Assembly: GCF_036971445.1 (NCBI RefSeq)
Contig: NC_091474.1
Location: forward strand, 39,494,001 to 39,558,000
Source: Narcine bancroftii
Lineage: Eukaryota
Direction: 5' to 3'
DNA length: 64,000 nucleotides
Position 1 is the first letter of the stretch. Each line of letters opens with the position of its first letter. A program made the position numbers and the translations under genes. Below the pieces are notes generated by a model. That model worked only from the letters and a program-made list of their open reading frames with translations, did not search any database and was not told where the DNA came from. Below are positions 11,058 to 24,397 of this stretch, piece by piece.

Positions 11058-12021
11058 TGTGACGGATTATGTTATATTTTATATTGTATATAGATATGTT
11101 TTAAAAGGATTTAAAATAGCAAGGTTTTTTTTTAAGAGTAGGTCACAAACACTTCAAAACAGATCTCATTTAAAATGCAAGAGCTTGGCTCAAGTCAGAC
11201 AGTCCAGGCTCTGAGTGCCTTTGCAAAAACTTTAAAGAATGCCTAACACAGGTAGGTGTTAATTGGACATGCTCTGGAGTAATGGATTATTGTTTTGGAA
11301 AGCAACAGATGAACAGACTCGGAAGATTGGTTCCAGTGCCATAGTCTGTCTGAGTGCAGTTTGCTGTTCTGAGGGTCATGTGGTTTTCTCTGAGAGAGAG
11401 AGAATTCAGTTCTACAGTTCAGCAGCAGTAGCTTGTTTGAAACCCCATTTTGAATATGGGTTGTGAGTTCTTAGTTCAGCCTATTCAAAGCCCCTGTGCT
11501 CCATTCAAGAGGAGATGGCTGGCTGTATAATGTTTCACCTGAGGTAAGGGAAACAGAAAAGGAACTCTATGGTGACCTGAAAGAAAGAGATTATCATCTG
11601 GAAAACCTTGATGGGGCAAGTTTCTTTGGCAAGACACTGAAGTGGCCAATCAGAAGAAATCAGTTTGTGTCCAACGAGCAACAAATCTTTCTCTGAAAAC
11701 CAACAAGGACCTTCCTGAGCAGTAACCATTACCTTTCAAGCACCAAAGCCTGGCAAAATTCATAAATGTTAAATTCTGTGCACAATATAAGAATTGCCTG
11801 ATACCAGTGAACTTGGAGGAGTGAGAAATGAGATTAACCTATCAACCAAAGAACTTTTCTGAACTTATACATACACCTTCGCTTAAGTTAATAGTAATAA
11901 GTTAAAGTTTGATCCTGTTTTTATGTTTAAAGAAAATTAAAAGTAACTTTTGTTTAAGTAACCATTTGTCTAGGTGAATTTCTATTGCTGCAGGGTTTTG
12001 GGGTCCTCTGGGCCCATAGCA
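11058..12021 (+). mobile_element. Solo LTR (family A), second copy
   Basis: TGTGAC...CATAGCA; colinear with 9322-10575; TSD ATGG/TTGG (3/4). Confidence 0.75.
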
Positions 12022-15000
12022 TTGGCCATCCCTGCTCTTGTCAGTTAAGATACATCTGAGAATTTATTAAACAGCTAGTTTGCTATGCTGCATCATTACA
12101 TGAAATAACTTTTAAAGATTCAACTTCAGAACTCTAATTAATAAAACATGTTCAGATCTTTGCTCCATCCTGCCAAGGTCTTTGTTTAATCCACAATAAT
12201 GGAAACGGGGAAAGTCACAGCATTGCAGTTCAGATTCAGTATGACTGGAATGAGGAATTGACGTGCACAAGAATGGAGTCCAACATTGTATTTAGCAGCA
12301 CAGTGGCTGAGAATATAACCTGGACCCCATGCGTGTACTTGCCCTGAACCTGGTGGGTACATTGACTTATTCAATCCTGATATGCGATAATCAGACAATG
12401 CCAAGTCTCACTGCTCACTTCTAACTGCTGAGCCGTTTCAGAGGGCAGTCAAAAATCACCCACTTTGCTGTAGGTCTGGAGTCACCTCTGGGCAATGCCA
12501 ATTAAGAATGGCAGGTTTCGTCTCCTGAAAGACATTAATGCTTGTAACAGTCTAGTGAATAGACTATTAATTTCACTTAATTTCTCCCCTGCCACACTAA
12601 AGTTCCAGCTCTTGTCTCTAACAGCCTGTTCTCTCGATTGCTTACAGTTCTCTCCAACAAACCATTTCATGTGCCCAATGCATGTTCCATATTCAGATGA
12701 AATGTGCACCTGTCTTTAAATGCATGTGTAGGTTTCTTCCTTTTATCCAGCCTGTGCTTATCCTGTTAACCAAATAAGATCTGGCAAAAAATGTTACTAA
12801 ATAAGAGTTCATATTTAAGGATGTATTTGCTTTGGCGATAGTGTAGATAACCTTCACCAATTCGATTCCTGAGATAAGGAGGTTGGTGTACATAGACAGG
12901 TTGAGCTGGGAGTTTAGAAGAATTAGATGTGATCTTATTAAAACCTTTAGGATTCTGAGGGTGATTGACAGACTAGATGTGAGAAAAAAATCCCTAGTGG
13001 TCACCATTTAAGATGAAGATCGAGGAATTTATTCTCTGAGAGCCATGAATCTTTGGAACTCATTCATTGAATATATTCAGAATAGAAATATCTAAACTAC
13101 AAAATATTCCAGGGGCCTGGAGAAAATATGGGAAAGTTGTGCTTGGAGTGGTGAGACAAATATTTAGCAATCCTTATCTGAAATTTCAGACCTAGAGGCC
13201 AGCACCAGCTGAACCAAATACCAAGGACTACAAAACCAAATTCAAAGCATCAGTGCAGAGCCCATTAAAATGTTGCTCAGTCCAGGGGTTTCCTCTCTTA
13301 CTACTCCTCATGAGAAATTACTTTTCTGCCCACTCCACTACATATCAAATTGGATGCTTGTATTTACATTTGCCTCCCCCTCTCACTCCTCCCACACCAA
13401 CTTCCCCAAATTTCTAAACTTCCAGGTGGGGAAGAAATTAATAGAGACTGCACTCCACTGCCTCCTGGTGGCTTCTGGTTTTGGTGCAGCATCCCCTTAT
13501 GCAATAACAAGTCTTTCTCCATCACATCACAATTGGCCAGTTGTCACACAAGATCATCCGCCTGTAATATCTCAGATTTTGTCTCATTTTGGATGCCCAG
13601 TGTTCATGTTTAATGAGCTATTGATATTGCAGTAGTTTGCATAAGGGGTACAGAGAGGAACAATGAGAGGTTCTAGTCTCTTCCAAGGGACCTGGATAGA
13701 AAGGAAGAGGTGAACATATGAGCATATTATTATTGGGGTGAAATCTCAAGGATTCTGGCAGATTCATCAAATGATACTGAGCCAAAGGATGCACAAAACA
13801 TAGCCAAGGATGATGAATTTACTGAGCATCTTTGAATGAGAAAGGGAATGCTACTGGTCATGACATCCACAACTAGAGCCAAGAGAATAAAATGAGGTCA
13901 AGAAAGAGTCATAATGTGCAGAATTATTGTAATTCATAGCACAGGGGTTATGCATCAATGGTCAAAACTAAGTTTATCTGGTCAGTTGCTCTTTCCAGCT
14001 CTGCTCAGTAGTCCTCAGGTCATGGATCTTCAAGGAACATCAAGCTTTGTTAGGATATGAGAGTTTCTACCTTCACTCCTGTCAGGTGGGTTCCAGATTC
14101 CTACCTTATTTTCACCTTCCAATTAACATGCAGGTGCTCACTGCTTCCAAACTTCCTGTCAAGGTAAACTGTTTTTTCCTTCACTGCAGGTTTCTTCATT
14201 TCACTTGTATCAGCTTTCTTTTGTTCCAAGATGAACAACCAGGATCTTGTCAGTCTCTTCATTACTATAATTCTCCTGTGCAGTACTGTTGCATCCTCCC
14301 TGTAGACTAATGACCAGAAATGCAGTATCTTCTAGCTGTGGCCAGACTACATTGGGTACCATTCCAGCATGGACTTGCCTTCATTGTCTCAATCAATAAA
14401 ATACAATTTCTTAACTACCCAAATCTACCTGTCCAGTTACCAAGCAAGATCCCTTAGCATCTACTTTTAATCTTGTTTGACCTCAGTACAAAATACTTCC
14501 TTTGTGTGCTTGAAATCTGGTTCTCCCGGTTCATTAAGTTATTTTTTATTCCCCCAGCAGCTATCATGCACTATTTTAAAATCATATTTTTTGACTAACT
14601 GAATATTTATCTATCCTTTTATATTTATCTTTTCTTCTTTCATGTGGAATTTATACTTGGGTATTTTATGTACTTTTGTAGCTGCAGTAAGAATTTTAGT
14701 GCAACTACATATGACCATAAACTCTCATCTCACCATATTCTTAACTGTACCAGGAACATAAACATGGTCAAGTCCAAATAATTAAAATATACCAAAAATA
14801 AATGGCACCTACAGCCTCTATTTGTTTTCTCTCACTGAGAATTTTTAATCCAACATAACTTTCCCTTGGATCCTTGGGGCTTTTTCTTTCCTGACCAGTC
14901 TGTCATGTGGGACTGATCTTTTTAAAAAAAAATCTAATATAGTCAGGCAAGACCTTCCTGAATGTGTTCTTGATTAGCTTGTGCATCATTAATGTGGATT

Positions 15001-15039
15001 GACCATGTATTTATTGACTTGACCTTCATCGCTCTAAAC

Positions 15040-16540
15040 AATGTGAATATCAGGAGGGAAAGAATGGGTCCCCTTCAAAATCAGGAGTGATGTCTATGTA
15101 TAGAGCCAGAGATGGGGAAATATTAAATGAATATTTAATTTTTTTAAATTTAGACATACAGTGCAGCAACAGGTCCTTCCAGCACATGAGCCCGCGCCAC
15201 CCAAATTAACCTACAACCCCTGTACCTTTTGAAGAGCACTGGGAGGAAACCATGAAGATATAGGGAGAACATACAAACTCATCACAGAAGTGCAGGATTT
15301 AAGCCTGGGTCACTGCTGCTGTAAAAGCATCATAGAGCAGGAAAAGCAAGCACGGGAGGTATCTAAAGATAGTTCAGGGCATGTCTGCATCAGTAGTGAA
15401 GAGGTGTTAAAACCTCCAGGTCCAGACGAGATGCATCCCTGAACATTGGAAGGCATAAATGAAATTTAACTCATCGATGAGGACCGAAGTCCTGAATATG
15501 TGATGTTGTTCTGGTTCAAAGGGCTGTGAGAATAATCTGGGTAACTAAAGACCTGTTGCTCTGTTAATTATGGAAGGAAACCTGCTGGAGTAGTTCTGCT
15601 AGATAGGATCTATCAAAATTTGGATGCCAACAATGGATTTGTGCATGAGAAAGTGTCTCATGAACTTGAATATTTTGAAGAGGTGACAAAGAGGATCGAC
15701 AAGGGCAAAGCAGTTGATGCAATTTATATGGATTTTATGTAAAGCATGTAATGAGGTCCCACGTTGTCAGTTGATATGGAAGATTAGGGCATATGAGATA
15801 GGTGGCTAGCTGGCCAATTGGATAAAAATGGCTTGGTTATGGGGGAGTCAGAGAGTGGTAGTAGAGGGCAATTTTTCCAGACACAGGACCATGACCAATG
15901 GAGTGCTTTAGAGTTCAATACTAGGATTTCGCTGTATTATAAAGAGCAAAGGTTGCTGGTTTTCAATGGCATCTAGATCAGATGAAAAACTGGCTAAGGA
16001 ATGGCAGATACCATTGTGGAAGCAGCCCAACTAGAAGAGCAAGGTGTACAGGTACATAGCTCTTTAAAGATGGCAGCACTGATAGAGTAGTGAAGGACAC
16101 TTGCAATTGTTGGGACATCATGTTGAAGATGTACAAGATACTAGTGAGGCCACTCTTGGAATATTGTGAAGTTTTGGCCAAGTTGTAAAGATTTTAAAAG
16201 GTTATTGCCAGGATTAGTGAACTTGTTATTGTGAGACTGGAGAATTTAGTTTTCCTTAGAACACAGGTTGAGATCTATAAGATTACAAGAGACAGACAAA
16301 ATGAATAATGACAGCATTTCCCAAAGTAGGAGAATCTAAAATGAGGGGGTGAGATTTAGAAGGGACACAAGGTAACTATTTTTCACTTGGAGAATGGTGG
16401 ACATATGGAATGATAAAGGTGGTATATTACTTGGAAACAATTGGATAATTACATGGATGGGAGGGACTCATTGAAGTTCAGGCCTAATGCAGGTAACTGA
16501 CCAAAACAGGAAGGCACATTGTTCAGCATTGACAAGCTGT
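15040..16540 (+). mobile_element. Decayed CR1 LINE (ORF2 RT and 3' end) with a SINE inserted at about 15137-15330
   Basis: FEEVTKRIDKGKAVDAIYMDF-like and LVRPLLEYC-like CR1 motifs with many stops. Confidence 0.75.
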
Positions 16541-16869
16541 TTCTTGAATTTCTCTTTATCTCCTTTCAGAGCCCAAAACAATCCACCCTTTTCCCCCCCC
16601 CCACCCCCCATCAATTCACACCTTTCCTCTTTGCTCTCCTCTTAACATTAGCCAATTAACACCTTTTGCTTTTATTGATCTGTACTCCTCCCCCTTTCCT
16701 AAATATAGCCACTTTTTTTAAAAAACATACCTTGAGGAAGGGTTCAGGACCATAATATTGGTAATATATCTTAACCTCCTATAGATACTGCAAGACCTGC
16801 TGAATTCCTCCAGCATTTGTTTTACGGCAATCACAGCAACTGCAGACTTTCATATTTCACCCCATTCAG

Positions 16870-19210
16870 TTGTTCCGGTGGAAAATCTCTTCGAGATGCC
16901 TACTATACTCTGAAGCTCTCCTCCTCTCTTCGTAGGTTTTGTGATATTCTCTCACTGCTCCTCCCTCTCTGCAGCTCTCAAGTTCTACGACCATGTATTT
17001 ATACATCCAGACCAACTTCCACAGCCATGCATCTTTCCTGGCTATTTGTCTCCACGGCCACCTGGTGTCCCAAGGATTCCAACTCCGGTTCCAACCCTCA
17101 GAGTTTGGCTCCCACCAGAATCTCAGCTACGTGTGCTGCATTGACTCATACTCTCTTCATTTCTCCTGCTGTATCCTACAGACCACCCTCACCTCAATGT
17201 GCAGATACCAACAGGCCCTTGCTCACTTGCTACCACAACTCCATACCTCACTATAACCTGCCACAGACCTCTCCTACACTTCACCCTCCATTGATCCACA
17301 CATTTAACTGCTGGTTCTACAATCATTTGATGTTCAAGAAGGATCAGAAGCTCACCTCCATGGAGATTGCTGTCTGTGACCTCCCACACAGGGCTCCACC
17401 CTCTGCCTCAGTAACCCATAGGACCAAGCATCTGTCAAAGTCCCATCCTGGGCTTAGCAGCTTACAGTATCAAGTACCAACTCTCATCCTGATCACAGCA
17501 GCCTACAGGACTTAGCTTCATGAACTTTCATCCTGACCCTAGCAGCTTACAGGTCTGAGTCTCCAAACACTCATTCTGACCATGGCAGCATATAGGACTC
17601 AGCCTCCAATGTGACCCACATGATCTAGCCTCCATTCCGAACTCTCCCCTCCAATTTCCCCAACCCTCCCTTAGACCCTTCTTACTAGCCATGGGTACTG
17701 GTATAGGGCCCACCTATGCCTGCTTTTTGTTGACTTTGTGGAGCAAGCCATGCTGAGCCGACACAGAAAAGGCTCCTCACTCTTCCTCTGCTGCATTATC
17801 TATTACTTTGAGCACAGCACTATCGACTTTATCTACTTTGCTGTCAACTTCCACCCTGACCCAATTTAGTCCATCTCTACCAACTCTCCTTTTTCTTGAT
17901 CTTTGTCTTCATATAACCACTTACAGCCAGTTCGGCCCTACTAGTCCATGCCGTAGCAAATCCCCACCCTCCTAGTCCCACTGACCAGCACCTGTTCCAT
18001 ACCACCCTAGTCCCCTCCTATCCATGTAACGATCCAGTCTTTCCTTAAATGTAACCAATGATCCCGCCTCGACCACGTCTGCCGGAAGCTCATTCCACAT
18101 CCCCACCACCCTCTGCGTAAAGAAATTTCCCCTCATGTTCCCCTTATAATTTTCCCCCTTCAATCTTAAACCATGTCCTCTAGTTTGAATCTCCCCCTTT
18201 CTTAATTGAAAAAGCCTATCAACATTCTCGTGAACCTTTTCTGCACTCTCTATTTTGTTTATATCTTTCCTATAAATTTGGCCTCACCAATGCCTTGTAC
18301 AATTTCATCATAACCTCCCTACTCTTGAATTCAATACTCCAATTTATGAAGGCCAACATTCCAAATGCCTTCTTCACCACACCATCTACCTGAGTATCAG
18401 CCTTGAGGGTACTATTTACCATAACTCCTAAATCCCTTTGTTGCTCTGCACTCCTCAATTGTCTACCATTCAATGTATATGACCTATTTAAATTTGCCTT
18501 TCCAAAATGTAGCACCTCACATTTATCTGTATTAAATTCCATCAGCCCACACCTCCAGCCTTCCTAAATCACCTTTTAATCTACGGTAATCTACCTCATT
18601 GTCCACAACACCACCAATCTTTGTGTCACCCGCAAACTTGCTTATCCAATTCTTCACCCCTACATCCAGATCGTTAATATATATAACAAATAATAAATTA
18701 ATAAATAAATACCAAATAAATAATAACAAATACACTCAGGACACAAATTCTACAAATCCATCAACTACCACAGCTACACCTCTTCGCATCTTAAAGCCTA
18801 CAAGGATTCCATCCCTTTCTCTTAATACCTGTCCCCATTATATCTGCTGCCAGGTCAAAGTTTTCCATGCCAGATCAGGGATGCCCTCTTTCAAACATGG
18901 CTTCCGCTTTACCACCATTAACTAGGCCCTCACCCACATATCTTCATTACCTGAAGATCTGCCCTGGCCCCATCCACCCCCACCAGACTCCACATCCAAT
19001 ACACCATCCTCTGCCATTTCTGCCACCTTCTATATGATCCTGCCACCTGACATATCCCTTTCTTCCCTTCACAAGTATTGCTCCCTCCACAACTCCCTTG
19101 CACACTCCCATCCCCACCATTCACACCCCACCTTAGTACCTATCCCTGTGACTCTAGGAGATACTCCACTTGCACTGACACCTTGTCCCTCACCACCATT
19201 CAAAGCCCTA
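16870..19210 (+). mobile_element. Penelope-like element split by a CR1 insertion
   Basis: 5' part HSHASFLAICLHGHLVSQGFQLRF and AMGTGIGPTYACFFVDFVEQ (about 17690); resumes after about 18730 with KDSIPF-like and IQYTILCHF motifs. Confidence 0.7.
17911..18705 (-). mobile_element. CR1 LINE, 5'-truncated and internally deleted
   Basis: YINDLDVGVKNWISKFAGDTKIGG, MEFNTDKCEVLHFG, KLYKALVRPNL, RGNFFTQRVVGMWN. Confidence 0.9.
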
Positions 19211-19213
19211 AAC

Positions 19214-19480
19214 CAGTGGTTCTCAAACCTTTTTCTTTCCATCCACATACCACTTTAGGTAATCCCCATGCCATCGGTGCTCTGTGATTAGTAAGGGATT
19301 CCTTAAGGTGGGATGCGAGTGGGAAGAGGTTGAGAACCACTGCTCTAGACCCAATTGTTACTGAAATATTTTGCCTGAGAAAAAATGTAATTGGCCCATT
19401 TACTTTGGAGTTATGAATCTGCACATAATGAGTCAATTAGGTACAATTAAAACAGTGGTTTTCAAACTTTTTCCACCCAC
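19214..19480. mobile_element. hAT-derived MITE (same family as 47288-47633), partial
   Basis: CAGTGGTTCTCAA termini and an internal GTTGAGAACCACTG. Confidence 0.75.
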
Positions 19481-20392
19481 TTTTTTACTCTTACCTCAAG
19501 GCTGGCCGAGTTCCTCCAGCATTTCTTTGACTGGCACACACACACACACCAACTATAGTGGTAAAAATATTTAACACAAATGCTAAGACAAAGTCAAGGT
19601 TAAATATTCAGCATTCATGCAAGTTAAAATGACATTTCAGTCAAGCAGATATTACTTCTGGTGGTCTGTGTAATTTACCTCAGCTTCAGCCCAATATTTC
19701 AAAATATTTCAATTTTTAGAAGCTAGATTGTACATTATTATTTACTGACAGTGACCAGACATCACAATTCCTTCTTCCCATGGCACATAAAACATCCAAA
19801 GGCATAAAACTATATCTGTTCCAAGGTTAGCTTCTTCATGAAGAGACAGGTGGGCTACTTTGCTTTTCTTTTGGGAAATCATTTCTTCCTCAAAACCGCC
19901 TTTATCCCCAGAAAGGCCACAAATCTCATTCCAACCTGGAATTTTCCTGGTCTGGACCTTAAAGCTGATATCCAAAAGTAGTTGTTCTCACTTTTTAAAA
20001 ACAAAAAAATACTAAAACTAGATCCTATTCATTCTCTTCAAATGCAAGGAATTTCAACAAGATGTAGGATGACCTCCTTAAAAATCTACAGAACTCTCAG
20101 CCTCCCCGACAGTGTAACAACTACAGTTGCTCATGGTAGAATTGGCCAAATCCTGATCATGTCAAAATTACACATGTGCATGGATACCCTGGAGATCCCC
20201 ACCCAGAACCACACCGACTTTCCAGCACTAATCAATAGTAAACTTCTGACTCTTCTACCAAAATTAAAGAAAACAATTAAACCACCTCACACTTCCTAAT
20301 ATTAATATTTCAAAGTACCCCAAGGCCATTTTTCAGTTCCAACAGGGTGCAGCTCATCCAAAGAATTGCAGCAAGACAATGTTTTCACAGCA

Positions 20393-20426
20393 TTTATTAG
20401 AAAATTCAAACACAGTGCACTTTATT
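20393..20426 (-). terminator. Candidate UBE2C polyadenylation signals (two AATAAA)
   Basis: tttatt at 20421-20426 and 20393-20398, about 125-155 nt downstream of the stop. Confidence 0.6.
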
Positions 20427-20550
20427 CACATGACAATTTAAAAAATAAGCACATGCCCATTCACATAATTGGACAGACAGACATTCAAAAGAAAAACACA
20501 GGAGAAGAACACAGGAGGTAGGAGAGCAGCTAGAAGTTCTGGGCTCAGCC

Positions 20551-20600
20551 TCAACTCTTCAGCTGTCGTGCATATGCCTCATGTAGTCGTTGCTTGTACT
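20551..20600 (-). CDS. UBE2C: UBE2C exon 6 (coding part)
   Basis: ttacag|(E)YKQRLHEAYARQLKS*. Confidence 0.9.
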
Positions 20601-21285
20601 CTGTAACAGACATGACATCAGGCTGAAACCATGCTCACTAACTACCGCCACTGCAACAGGTAGAGAACTCAGTTCAACATTAAGTACTAGTCTGAAATTT
20701 AACCCAAGAGCAAAACCTCAGAGATAGAATATCTCACTGATGTACACAATTGTTGGGGTGCTTCAAGAAAAATATGCAAGCATACAAATTGCCTTAAACA
20801 TCGTGCATTAAAGAATCATCAATTGTGTAAAAGTCAGTTTTCCTCTCAGCTAGGCAAGAGAGAAGGATGAATAATCAAAGTAAAGCCACCACAGGGCCAC
20901 AGAAGATCCCCCCCCAACCACCACCACCACCACCCTGTCACAATCCTGGGGAACTTCACTCACCACACTATACCCAGGAACCAGCAGATCCCTTTGATGA
21001 GAAAAGGAATACTGCTGGATGATCAGAGCCACTACCCCAAGCAACCACAAGTCTAAACAGAGGGAAAACTGGCTTCAAGGACAAACAACATTGATGCAAA
21101 GACACTAGGTTCAAAAGTACTGGTTTAGGGAGTTATAGATGAAGACAGCATCTTTTCACACTGGGTTTCATCTTCAATGATGGGATCCCAGTGCAATTGC
21201 CTTATTTGGAGACAGTCCAATACTGCTGATCATCTCTCTCCAACACTCAATCCCTCCCCATAAAGTACTTGGATTGTTTCCTCAC

Positions 21286-21345
21286 CTTGCTGATTTGACC
21301 ATAGTTGAGCTGCAGCAACATTCAAGGGACTTTGTACATTTGGTT
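21286..21345 (-). CDS. UBE2C: UBE2C exon 5
   Basis: (E)PNVQSPLNVAAAQLWSNQQ, AG/GT flanked, 60 nt. Confidence 0.93.
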
Positions 21346-23149
21346 CTGTTTTAGGAAGAAACAAAGATATTACTAAATACAGGTGATTCTAGTCTCATCT
21401 TTTAGCAGCACTCACCTGGAACTCATAGAAAGGTAGTATTGCTAATGTTCCAATATAGATTCACTATACATTGCCTTTCAACTGCAATACCCATCCCAAG
21501 TATACTTCCCTTCACAGGACGTGCCACAGAAAGACCTACACATTCTGCTACTCAAAATTGGATTTTTACCTGCTTCAAAACCCAGTTTTCCCCAGGAGCA
21601 GGACCTCACTTCATGATCACAAGGGCTGGATACAGCAGCATCTTTGCCTCTAGCACCCCAGCTTTATTCTCACCTGAAACTAAAGGCAGAAATACCTATC
21701 CAGCATGTATGCAAGGAATTTACACATTCCCCCTTCCACATGGGTTTACTTCCACATTCCAGATGTGCAGAATAAGGTTAACTGATCACATGGGTGTATT
21801 TGGTTGGGCAGTGTGGGCTCATCATGGTCAGAAGAATCTGTTAACCATGATGCATCTCTAAAAACAAATTTGCAACAAGGTTTCTCTCCTTCAAAATAGC
21901 CAGCTTTTATGAACCAGAAGATTTAGATTAAAGCTCAATGATGATTGTACCTCCTTTCCTGAGAAGTAGCCTTGCAAGTCCAAGCTTTAAGTTTTCCCTT
22001 ACTGCCCATCTCAAAACCTCTTTTCCCCATTCTAAATATGTCTATCAATTGTCCTACACTGGACAAATGCAATTATACTTAATCTTCTTGGCGCTTTCTA
22101 CAAAGTCCCCACATTTGTTCCTAAAAGATGGCACCCAGAACTGGGCCATTGTAGCCTAGGAGCTCCAAAGAGACTGGTGATTTCCTGGTTCTAAACCCAA
22201 AATCCCATATGCCATTGGAGACATTTTCTTTTGATTAAAAAAAGCCATTGCAGACAGATCTGCAATAATCAAACCCAAAAAATAAGTGACCGGCAGAACT
22301 ACACACTGGAGAACACAAAAGGTCAAGCCCAATCATACCAAAAATAGGGACAAAAGATACGAGACACAAAATTAGGAGTAAGAGTAAGTAAGAGGCTACC
22401 TAGTGTTTCAAATCAGCTTCCATTTGACAAAATGGTGCAAATTCAGACATACAAAGCTTTTGGACCACTGACCATCCATAGCAAACTTTCAACCACAAGA
22501 CCAGAATTTGGCCATTTAGCCCATCAAGTTAGCCCACCATTTTATCATGGCCAAGAAGATTCTTAAGAGGAGAGGACACCAGAGACAATCTTCAATGAAT
22601 GATTCTAGATTAGCGCAAAGCCTTTACGGCAACAGCATTCAGGCTTGGGGTTCGAACCGCGCACTGTCTACAAGGAGATTGTACGTTCTCTCTGTGTCTG
22701 TGTGGGTTTTCCCCAGAGACTGGTTTCCACTCACCGTTTGAAGCATGGGAATAAATTGGGCAGCACGGACTCATGGGCTGAAATACCCTGTTACTGTACT
22801 GTCTTTTTTTGAATATTAAAAAAATTACCCATAAAGGAAACATCAACATACACCTTTGAAGACACCTCAGGATAGTCCTTCTTCAGTACAGCTTCAGATT
22901 TATTGTTAGAGTACAGATATCACATACTACCCCTAGATCAGCTCTAGAAATAAAAACACATTAACATGCATCTTTAGGAAAGGAAACCAACATTACAAAT
23001 TGTTTTAGGAATGACCTTCCAGATCCAACTGAAGACCTTCTGACTTTAATTTTGCAAGTGGACTAATTTTACTAGTGTTATATTTGCAGGAAATTTTAAC
23101 TACTCACTTAGCCATTCTGATAGATCTGCATTTAGAAGGAAATCCTTAC

Positions 23150-23354
23150 CTCCCAGTAAACTCTGAATCGACAGCAGGATCGTCCTGACATCATAAAGTG
23201 CTGACCATTTGTCTTTGAGAATATCCAGGCAAATGTTGCCTTCCCCGTCTACATTAGGATGGTAGCAGGAGGTGAGGAACTTCACGGTGGGCGGGTTGTA
23301 GGGGTAACCACTGGGGAACTCTAGAGACAACTTGTATCTCAAACCCTCATAAAC
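23150..23354 (-). CDS. UBE2C: UBE2C exon 4 (catalytic Cys)
   Basis: [68 protein letters not shown], 205 nt. Confidence 0.97.
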
Positions 23355-23387
23355 CTATAAATAAGATAAATGAGATCTTATTAACCT

Positions 23388-24029
23388 TATTACAGAGTTC
23401 TGTGTTGTGTGGTTTTATGTTAAAAAGTGACAGTTTGCCTTAGAGAGCCAAAGTGAAGGTGGACTGCTGAGAGTGGGAGATGGACTAAGCATGTGCAGAA
23501 AATGATCTAAAAATTTCTGGACTTGGAAGATAAACCATCACTGGGTGGTGCTGTGGAGTGGAAGGCAGTCCAGAGCATGAGTCATGGTTTGGAGGACAGT
23601 TTAGAATGTTGGGCATTTCAAAAAGGATGAACATTCCGAAGGCAGCCAGTTGTTCCTCTCTCTACAAGCAACACAAGACAGCTTTGAATTTTGTGCTCTC
23701 TCTCTCTCTCAAAGATCTTTTGGCTTCAGTTTACCAAACAAACTGAATTTTGTTTATGATCTTTGCTTCAGTTGAGATCAAAATTTTGTGAGTCTTGTGT
23801 GTTTTTCTGTGGGCTGGTTGGAAATATAAGTTAGACTTTAATTACATATGTTATATTTAGGCTGGGGAATTTATTAGTTTTACATTGTTATAGGAATTTG
23901 CATAGCAAACAGTGGTCATTGTTATAAGGGGGGGGAATTTTGAATTAAAGTTTGAAGGTGAATTTTTGTTAATAAAGTAATTGTTCATCTTTACCCCTTC
24001 TTTGTGGTTGCTGCTTTGATCTTGTAACA
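23388..24029. mobile_element. Solo LTR in UBE2C intron 3, TSD ACCT
   Basis: T(A)TTACA...TGTAACA termini, ACCT at 23384-23387 and 24030-24033, AATAAA near the right end. Confidence 0.7.
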
Positions 24030-24160
24030 ACCTTCACACTGAAATTAAACCTGTGTCAGTGATGTCTCACACCACATCCTTGTCCTGTTACACATCAAGG
24101 CTAGATAACGTGCTGCTCCAAGCCACTTAAAACTTTCCACCAAACCCAATAGTCTCTCAC

Positions 24161-24247
24161 CGTGCCCGTAGCACCTTCAATGGTACCAATCCAACGAAAC
24201 AAATTGTCTGACTCAGGGAAAGCAGAAATTCCTTTGTTTCCAGACAT
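24161..24247 (-). CDS. UBE2C: UBE2C exon 3
   Basis: MSGNKGISAFPESDNLFRWIGTIEGATGT, AG/GT flanked, 87 nt. Confidence 0.96.
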
Positions 24248-24369
24248 CTGAAAGGGCAAAAAATAGGCTCAAGTCAGCTTCTACAACGTTGGTCAGAACA
24301 ATGAACAAACCTCATCACAACCACCCATAACCATGCCAATCAGACAAAACTGCCCCCCTCAGAACTCAC

Positions 24370-24397
24370 CATGAGAGTCATCAGCTCCTGCTGCAAC
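24370..24397 (-). CDS. UBE2C: UBE2C exon 2
   Basis: tag|G-LQQELMTLM|gtgagt, 28 nt. Confidence 0.95.

Larger units (their letters stand above)
8379..12034 (-). mobile_element. hAT (Charlie/SPIN-like) DNA transposon, decayed, interrupted by solo LTRs
   Basis: TIRs CAGGGGTGACCAA / TTGGCCATCCCTG; 8-bp TSD CTCTAGTC / CTCTTGTC (7/8); transposase dimerisation-domain remnant FGTTYRCEEAFSAMKLIKNKTRSRL (8548-8802, -). Confidence 0.85.

Noticed and set aside
9322-12021. Single provirus bounded by two LTRs
   Set aside because: Each LTR has its own TSD, and the spacer looks like hAT sequence with no PBS or PPT.
19742-19975. 77-aa - strand ORF downstream of UBE2C
   Set aside because: No recognisable homology and no convincing splice sites; it lies beyond the candidate poly(A) signals.
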